DNA of 64,000 nt, taken from the NCBI GenBank assembly GCA_035623825.1, contig DASPSR010000020.1:81978-145977 (forward strand), written 5' to 3'. The position numbers and the translations under genes were made by a program. The notes under the pieces were generated by a model, which did not search any database, was not told the DNA's origin, and saw nothing but the letters and a program-made list of their open reading frames with translations. The stretch comes from Nitrospirota bacterium (GTDB lineage Bacteria; Nitrospirota; UBA9217). Of the stretch, positions 58,701-64,000 are shown one piece after another (the stretch's first letter is position 1; every line of letters starts with the position of its first letter).

Positions 58701-58846
58701 GCGTTCACCAGGATCGTCGGGAAATCAACGTTCGGGAGGTCGCTCACGGGCAAGAGCTGGTATGCCATCATCCCGAACAGGAGGACGGCAAGCATGACCA
58801 AGGTGGTCATGACCGGCCTGCGTATGAAAGGTTCCGCTATGTTCAT
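55730..58846 (-). CDS. RND efflux permease (MdtB/MdtC-like)
   Basis: FIRRPV, LPGASPE, GFVVDDAIVMLENI, GIVKKNAIMMIDF, RFRPIMMTT. Confidence 0.95.
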   Translation of the reverse strand: MNIAEPFIRRPVMTTLVMLAVLLFGMMAYQLLPVSDLPNVDFPTILVNASLPGASPETMASSVATPLERQFSTIAGLDSMTSVNALGITNITLTFSLSRNIDAAAQDVQAMIAKAAKLLPPTMPTPPTYQKVNPADQPILYLSLNSPTLPLSTVNEYADTMIAQRISMISGVAQVQILGSQKYAVRTQLDPRALATRGIGIDEVSNAVANGNVDLPTGTLQGSSKSFTIQASGQLMNAEAYRPLIVTFRNGNPVRLREIGRVIDSVENDKIASWYNIGKASSRSVILAIQRQPGTNTVEVVDSIKALLPMFRKQMPASVNLDVIYDRSVSIRESVADVKFTLVLAIGLVVLVIFLFLRNLSATIIPSLALPVSIIGTFTAMYLLDFSVDNLSLMAMILAVGFVVDDAIVMLENIVRHMEKGEPVLQAALNGSKEIGFTILSMTLSLVAVFIPVMFMSGIMGRLLHEFAVVISVSILVSGVVSLTLTPMLCSRFLRHVGPERHGRFYIILERFFDGILKIYEHSLQWVLKHRVATLIVTNALLVLTILLFWVMPQGFLPTEDTGQIFAFTEAQQGISFDDMARHQKELMEIIAQDPNIEAFMSSIGASGPNASANTGRIFMRLIPRSERKLSADEIIQELRKKTAGVVGIKMFMQNLPPIRIGGQLTKSLYQYTLQGPDTDELYRVAPVLEAKLRALPQLQDVNSDLQIKNPQVNLEIDRDKAAALGVSAQQIENALSTAYSTLQISTILAPTNQYQVIMELLPQYQMDPSSLTMLYVRSSSGKLVPLNVVTKPSVGMGPLLVNHLGQLPAVTISFNLAPGVSLSEAVPIVDKAARATLPATISTSFQGTAQAFQSSKQGIIILLIIAILVIYIVLGILYESFIHPLTILSGLPAAGVGALMTLLLFGKELNIYGYVGVIMLIGIVKKNAIMMIDFALEAERKEGKSPSDAIYEGALIRFRPIMMTTMAALMGTLPIAIGFGAGAEARRPLGLAVVGGLVFSQLLTLYITPVIYTYMDTFQKRFGKLAIFRPRGEVVGT

Positions 58847-58885
58847 AATGAGTTTTCAGACTTGCGAGCCTGCACGTTCGCAATC

Positions 58886-60061
58886 CTAGTTTGTTGCCTT
58901 GCCCGGTGATTTGGCGCCCGCTTCTGCCTTCTCGGCGCCGCTCTGCGTCTGTTCAGCTTTTACTTCTATATGGGCGCCGGGGAACAGCTGGAGCTGGCCG
59001 TCGGTGACGACTTTTTCTCCGGGTGTTACTCCCTGATCGACGATAACGAATTCACCGTACGGTCTGGAAACCGTCACTTGACGGGACTCAACCGTCAAGT
59101 CGGGCTTTACCACGAAAACGTACTGCCCTTGCTGTCCTGCCTGCGCTGCCGCGGATGGCATGATCACGGCGTTTCGCTGTACCGTAAGCGTCAACACCAC
59201 ATTGACGAACTGTCCTGGCCACAGCCTCTTGTCCCTGTTCTCGAAAGTGCCTTTGAGCTTTATGGTCCCCGTGGTGTTGTCGACGGCATTGTCAATAAAA
59301 GTGAGAGCCCCTCGGGCGGGATGGGTCTCGTCCCCGGGGACTATGGCATCCACATTCAGATCCCCTTTCGCCATGTATTTCTTGATATCCTCCAGGTTCA
59401 GCTCAGGCACGGAAAAAGTGACGTAGATGGGCAGGATCTGGTTGATAGTCGTCATCGCGACATCGCTCGCCTTCACGACATTCCCAGCATTTACGAGCAC
59501 CGTCCCGGCGCGTCCGTTGATGGGAGACCTGATCGTGCAGTAGGCAAGCTGGAGCCGGCCGTTCTCCACATTGGCCTTGTCCGCCTCGACGGCGGCGGCC
59601 AGTGCGTCTGCGTTGGCGCGGAGCTGTTCGTATTGATCCTTGGAAACGTAGTTCTTCTGGACCAGGATCTCGTACCTTTTTGCTTGTTCATCAGCATTCT
59701 TGGCCTGCGCCAGGTCCCGTGCCAACGTCGCCTCGGCCTGTTTCAGCGCCGCCTCGTACGGCCTTGGATCTATCTTGAACAGGAGGTCGTTCTTCTTGAC
59801 GTCCTGCCCTTCTTGAAAGTACACGCCCTCCACTTCTCCGCCTACCTGGGCCTTGATTGACACCGTACTATAGGCCTCGACGTTCCCGATGGTGCGGACC
59901 TGGACCGGCACGTTCTGCTGCATCACGTCCCCTGTTTTCACCGGCACCACGCGTTGTACACCCTGTTTCGCCCTGCTGTTTGAGGAACAGGCGCCAAGGA
60001 ATACAAAGATCAACAGAATAAGGGCGAGCTTTGTGCCCCGGCTAAAAGATCTGGTTTTCAT
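58886..60061 (-). CDS. RND membrane fusion protein (MdtA-like lipoprotein)
   Basis: LGAC lipobox, IDPRPY, DNAVD.TTGTI, LWPGQFV. Confidence 0.92.
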   Translation of the reverse strand: MKTRSFSRGTKLALILLIFVFLGACSSNSRAKQGVQRVVPVKTGDVMQQNVPVQVRTIGNVEAYSTVSIKAQVGGEVEGVYFQEGQDVKKNDLLFKIDPRPYEAALKQAEATLARDLAQAKNADEQAKRYEILVQKNYVSKDQYEQLRANADALAAAVEADKANVENGRLQLAYCTIRSPINGRAGTVLVNAGNVVKASDVAMTTINQILPIYVTFSVPELNLEDIKKYMAKGDLNVDAIVPGDETHPARGALTFIDNAVDNTTGTIKLKGTFENRDKRLWPGQFVNVVLTLTVQRNAVIMPSAAAQAGQQGQYVFVVKPDLTVESRQVTVSRPYGEFVIVDQGVTPGEKVVTDGQLQLFPGAHIEVKAEQTQSGAEKAEAGAKSPGKATN

Positions 60062-60175
60062 ATCTCTCTTGCAACCTTTCTCACTTGACTTATATCTATC
60101 GCAATCTCGGGACGGAATGCTCCCGTGATGAGCAACATGTTATTATACACCTTCACAACCCTTTTTCCCTGCCCT

Positions 60176-61588
60176 TTACCAGACACCCATGGCCCTCTCG
60201 ATATTTGCCTGGGCGAGCTTGTAATTGTACAGGGCGCCGTTATAGGCCGCCTGGGCTGTGACGTACGTGGCGAACGCGTCCGAAACCTCGATGGGGCTTC
60301 CTACGCCGGCCGCATATCTTCCGTTTGCGAGATCCAGGTTCTCTTTGGCCTGCGTGGCCGCCAGTTCTGACGTCGAAATACTGGCTTCCGCTGCCTGTAA
60401 GTTCAAGAAGGATTGCCGGACATCGAGCAATATCTGATACCGCAACGTTTCTTCATTCGCCTTCAACACATAGAGTGAGGACTTTGCCTCAGCCACCTGG
60501 TGGCTGGTGAGAAACCCGCTGAACAGGGGTATGGTTAAAGCAACGCCGACGTCCCAGCCGTGTTGGAGCCCGCCCGACGTGAGTGCACTGGGCGGTATAC
60601 CTGCCGCTGCCGAGTTCAAGATGGCGCTTCCCGATAGGATAGGATAATAACTGGTTTTTGCTAAACTGATGTTCGCCTCTGCAGCCTGACGTTTCGCGAT
60701 GATCGAGAGGAGGTCCGGCCTGTTTGCAAAGGCCCTGTTCGTCGCCTCATCCAGGGTCATTACATATTGACGGAATGAGAGGTTGTCCTCGATGTTATAC
60801 TCGGGCGCATCAGGGACCCCCATCGTAGTGTTCAGGGTAACCCACGCTATTTTGAGCGCATTCTCGGCATTGATGAGGCTCAGTTGTGCGTTACTGAGAT
60901 CCACCTCGGCCTTGATCACGTCGATTTTAGCCTTCGTGCCGACATCGTAAAACCCTTTTGCCTGGTCGAGATGCAGTTGGTACTGTTTGATGACGTCCGC
61001 TGCCACGTCCCGGTTCCGCTTGGCAGAAAGCACCCCGTAATACGCCTGCTTGACGCTCAGGGCAATCGTATCTTTAGATGCGCCAAGGTCAAAGCGCGAG
61101 GATTCAAGATTAAACTTCGAGACATCCACCGTTGACGAGGTCTTACCGAAATCGTAGATCGTCTGATTGAGGGTAATATTGGACGTGTACTGGCTATATA
61201 CCGGCCGCGACCCGAATGGCGAGGTAGATGTACCGGGCACGGGACTGATCTTGTCATAAGTTCCCGTAGCGCTCAGCTGCGGATAATAGGCTGAACGGGC
61301 TTCGCCAACCCTGCTCTGATTGACATCCACGTTGTTTACCGCGGCAACGATGGCCGGGTTCTTCTTCAGTGCGATGTCGACGCATTTCTCGACCGTCAGG
61401 GTCTCGCCCGGGGTTATAAGGCCCCCGCCTGAGCTTTCCTGCTGCCCTGGTTTTGTCGACATAGGCGTGTACTGATACGTTTGTGCCGGCTCTTCTGCTG
61501 ACAGAGGCAAAGGCGCGGACGCAAGGGAGAGAGTGAGCAACACCATCATGCTATTCATCGTGAACTTGATTATATGGCTCCGGAACAT
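60176..61588 (-). CDS. TolC-family outer membrane efflux protein
   Basis: Signal peptide, two OEP repeats (YYP.LS, Y..G....DV). Confidence 0.92.
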   Translation of the reverse strand: MFRSHIIKFTMNSMMVLLTLSLASAPLPLSAEEPAQTYQYTPMSTKPGQQESSGGGLITPGETLTVEKCVDIALKKNPAIVAAVNNVDVNQSRVGEARSAYYPQLSATGTYDKISPVPGTSTSPFGSRPVYSQYTSNITLNQTIYDFGKTSSTVDVSKFNLESSRFDLGASKDTIALSVKQAYYGVLSAKRNRDVAADVIKQYQLHLDQAKGFYDVGTKAKIDVIKAEVDLSNAQLSLINAENALKIAWVTLNTTMGVPDAPEYNIEDNLSFRQYVMTLDEATNRAFANRPDLLSIIAKRQAAEANISLAKTSYYPILSGSAILNSAAAGIPPSALTSGGLQHGWDVGVALTIPLFSGFLTSHQVAEAKSSLYVLKANEETLRYQILLDVRQSFLNLQAAEASISTSELAATQAKENLDLANGRYAAGVGSPIEVSDAFATYVTAQAAYNGALYNYKLAQANIERAMGVW

Positions 61589-61611
61589 AGGTTTCTCCTA
61601 TCGGCGACGAG

Positions 61612-62208
61612 TCAATCTGCGTCACGGACTGTGCCGTGCATGAAAATATCGATGAATTCATCAATGTTCTTTTCCATTCTGTTCTTCGTAATACCCGGTT
61701 CCTTCATGATCTCTTCAGCCCTGAAATAGGAAAAGATCATCCCATGGAACACTCTGGCGGCCATTTCCGGCGATACCCCCCTGAGTATCCCTCTTTTTTG
61801 CAAGGTCTCGAAATAGCCTGCAAGGGTCGCCCTGATTTCTTCAACGAACTTATTATAGACCCTTCTGACTTTTTCAGGATAGGTCGTAACTTCGGAGTAC
61901 ATGATCTTGACCATGGACTTTCGTTCCTTCAGCGACTGGAGGAACCGTATCGCGAGAAGTCTGAGGGCTTCCTCATAGGGCAAGCCTTCCAACTCCGGCA
62001 GGAGATCTCGCAGCATGGGCAGGAATGTGTAGCTGTTTAGAAGCTCCTCAAAAAGCTTCTCCTTGGAACCAAAGTGCCTGAAAAGAGTGAGCTCCGTTAC
62101 CCCGGCCGCAAGGGCAATTTCCCGCGTTGTAGCGCCGAGATATCCTTTTTCGGAAATCAGCTTCAGAGTCGCCTTGAGCAGTTTTTCTTTCGTCTTCAAC
62201 TGTTTCAT
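61612..62208 (-). CDS. TetR/AcrR-family regulator
   Basis: [27 protein letters not shown]. Confidence 0.94.
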   Translation of the reverse strand: MKQLKTKEKLLKATLKLISEKGYLGATTREIALAAGVTELTLFRHFGSKEKLFEELLNSYTFLPMLRDLLPELEGLPYEEALRLLAIRFLQSLKERKSMVKIMYSEVTTYPEKVRRVYNKFVEEIRATLAGYFETLQKRGILRGVSPEMAARVFHGMIFSYFRAEEIMKEPGITKNRMEKNIDEFIDIFMHGTVRDAD

Positions 62209-62209
62209 A

Positions 62210-62231
62210 AATGTAAGTGTGTGCTTACATT
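62210..62231. promoter_or_regulatory. Probable TetR operator
   Basis: AATGTAAG-tgtgtg-CTTACATT palindrome abutting the tetR ATG; minus-strand TTGACA at 62259-62254. Confidence 0.7.
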
Positions 62232-62385
62232 GTATATATCAAATGAAGAACGATGTCAAGACTTTTGGGAAAAAACAGGCGGTATTTCCCTAAAAGCGCA
62301 TTTTCCCCTTGCAACCGGCACATTCTTATGGTATCTTACGCCTGCTTTTCAGCAGTTATCTTCGATTATGCGGAGGGTCATATCG

Positions 62386-62580
62386 GTGGCAGGTACATGC
62401 GAAATTTGCGGCAAGGGCAAGCTCAGTGGAAACAAGGTGAGCCATTCCAACAATAAAACCAAAAAAGTGTCCAAACCGAACATTCAGAGCATTAAGGCAA
62501 TGGGACCGCACGGCTCCCATGTGCGGATGCATGTGTGCACGCGCTGCATACGTTCCGGCAAGGTGAAAAAAGTCAGTTAA
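62386..62580 (+). CDS. rpmB: 50S ribosomal protein L28 (Zn-binding C+ form)
   Basis: GTG after GGAGG; CEICGK...[12 protein letters not shown]...PNIQ...[11 protein letters not shown]. Confidence 0.95.
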   Translation: MAGTCEICGKGKLSGNKVSHSNNKTKKVSKPNIQSIKAMGPHGSHVRMHVCTRCIRSGKVKKVS

Positions 62581-62832
62581 TCCGTCTCCATCGCGCTCTA
62601 ATATTCATTCAAACAAAAGAAATGATATTCGGTCCCTGCTTCAAGGATCTCGGGACCGTTGGATTTGCAGTCAAGATACTCTTATGCTCCATCGTATCAA
62701 AGTATCATATAACCGATGTCATTTCAATCCCGCGCTTTCTTGACTCACGGCTCAGGCACAGATAATGCACCAATTACGCCCATTGAGATTTCAAATTGTA
62801 ATGAATCAATAGTGTAAAGTTAAAATTTGACG

Positions 62833-62861
62833 TTGACACAAATTTTTCAGTGGTCTATAGT
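62833..62861 (+). promoter_or_regulatory. Near-consensus sigma70 promoter
   Basis: TTGACA-17 nt-TATAGT. Confidence 0.7.
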
Positions 62862-63050
62862 GTTTCAGCATCAGTCGCGCGTAAGCCTTAGATATGCTTT
62901 CGTAATAATAATTTATCCTAAAAAATATTTTTCCTCTAGACCTCATGAGGAGAAGGAGGTGTGAGCAAGGCCGCAGTTATTGCAATGGTCAATTCTTGAT
63001 GTTATATCTGGGCACGAAAGTGCTCGGCATTACAAACAAGAGGAGGAACT

Positions 63051-64000
63051 ATGAGTCTCATGAAGAAAAGTGTAGCAATCGGGTTGGCTGTTCTTTTGGT
63101 GTTTGGTCTCTTCCTTGCCGTATCCAAAAAGGCGGTAGTTAATGCGGCGGATGTACAGGCTGTGGATGTAAAGGTGGTGCCGGCGGCGAAGTGCCCGACA
63201 TTCAACGCCACGGCGTATATTGCCGGCCACGGCGGCCATCTGGCGATCATCGATATGAGAACGATGAAATCGCCGACCAACATCGAAAAGGACAGGATCG
63301 TCCTTTCTGAAGCAGGTTCTGAAATGGAAGGCAAGATCGCCGGGATGAGCTTCGAGGAGGTCAAGAAGGCCGGCGGCTCCCACGGCCAGGTCCTTATGAC
63401 CGAGAAAGGCAAGAAAGTGCTCGTTGCCGGCACGTTGTCCGGGAATGTGTACAAAATAGACTTGGCCACCGGCAAGAAGGAAGGCCCCTTCAAGGTCGGC
63501 GAGAAGTTCTGCGGCGCAATCGCAGGGCCTGACGGCAATGTGTATTTTCAGGACATGGCTGACGGCAATGTCTACGTATGGGATTCCGGCAAGCTCAAGA
63601 CCGTCGACAAGATGCCCGTCGGCAAGGCCGTCTGCGGCATCCAGTGGACCAAGAACGCCAAGAAGGCATACATAACCGACATGCCGCTGGGTGTAGTATA
63701 CGTGTACGATTGGACCACCAAGAAGGAGATCAAGCAGATCTCAAGCCCTGAAATGACCTTCATTCACCAGGCACGCATGACCCCTGACGGCAAGTATCTC
63801 TGGGTGAGCGCACCGAACGAGTTCGATCCCGGCCTCAAGCCCGGGACTCACAAGAGCCAGGTCATCGTTATCGACACGGCCACCGATTCGATCGCCATGC
63901 GCCTTATCCTTCCGGACAACATACGGCCGCATGATTTTGCTTTCACCAAGGACGGCAAGTACGCGTTCCTCTCATCGAGAACATATGGCGACGACAGCCA
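63051..64000 (+). CDS. Exported YncE/YVTN-like beta-propeller protein, partial (runs off the right edge); absent from ORF track
   Basis: AGGAGG SD; open frame to window end; signal/anchor; blades ..PDGNVYF, ..KNAKKAYI, TPDGKYLWV, TKDGKYAF. Confidence 0.85.
   Translation, partial: MSLMKKSVAIGLAVLLVFGLFLAVSKKAVVNAADVQAVDVKVVPAAKCPTFNATAYIAGHGGHLAIIDMRTMKSPTNIEKDRIVLSEAGSEMEGKIAGMSFEEVKKAGGSHGQVLMTEKGKKVLVAGTLSGNVYKIDLATGKKEGPFKVGEKFCGAIAGPDGNVYFQDMADGNVYVWDSGKLKTVDKMPVGKAVCGIQWTKNAKKAYITDMPLGVVYVYDWTTKKEIKQISSPEMTFIHQARMTPDGKYLWVSAPNEFDPGLKPGTHKSQVIVIDTATDSIAMRLILPDNIRPHDFAFTKDGKYAFLSSRTYGDDS

Noticed and set aside
62074-62385. N-terminal extension of L28
   Set aside because: Overlaps tetR and the divergent promoter; the SD supports GTG 62386
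62961-62999. 12-codon leader ORF (MSKAAVIAMVNS) and nearby GAAA hairpin upstream of the propeller gene
   Set aside because: No codon enrichment, terminator or recognisable riboswitch core; insufficient evidence
63051-64000. Calling the propeller nosZ or nirS
   Set aside because: No Tat motif, DxHH/CuA motifs or CXXCH in the visible part

Overview
Bacterial chromosomal window with moderately high GC. The gene set resembles an anaerobic or microaerophilic Nitrospirota/Desulfobacterota-type organism (inference only). The left ~25 kb is a redox island: (i) a porin, periplasmic heptaheme and lipoprotein multiheme cluster in the ombB-omaB-omcB order; (ii) a nonaheme cytochrome and an unusual fusion of a Cyc2-like monoheme, a CopD-like membrane bundle and cytochrome b5; (iii) cupin, norCB with a diheme NorC, and a NapH/CcoG-like ferredoxin; (iv) a selenocysteine peroxiredoxin missed by the ORF track (in-frame TGA plus SECIS), rrf2, and a cbb3 oxidase operon with only a heme-less CcoP stub; (v) CBS, HPP, protoglobin-PsiE, rubredoxin, a large 7-heme cytochrome and a truncated second norC. 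Four promoters carry the same perfect TATGA-N6-TCATA box exactly 21 nt before a -10 hexamer, defining a probable CRP/FNR-family nitrosative-stress regulon. The middle holds amrS-archease-rtcB with a candidate structured RNA. The right side is mostly housekeeping (ppx, rqcH, queE, mltD, nfo, ligA, pilD, recG, rpmB), plus a TetR-controlled RND+MacAB efflux operon and the start of an exported beta-propeller with a His/Cys/Met-rich face. I saw no rRNA, tRNA, CRISPR array or transposase. All calls come from reading motifs by eye; no database search was run.
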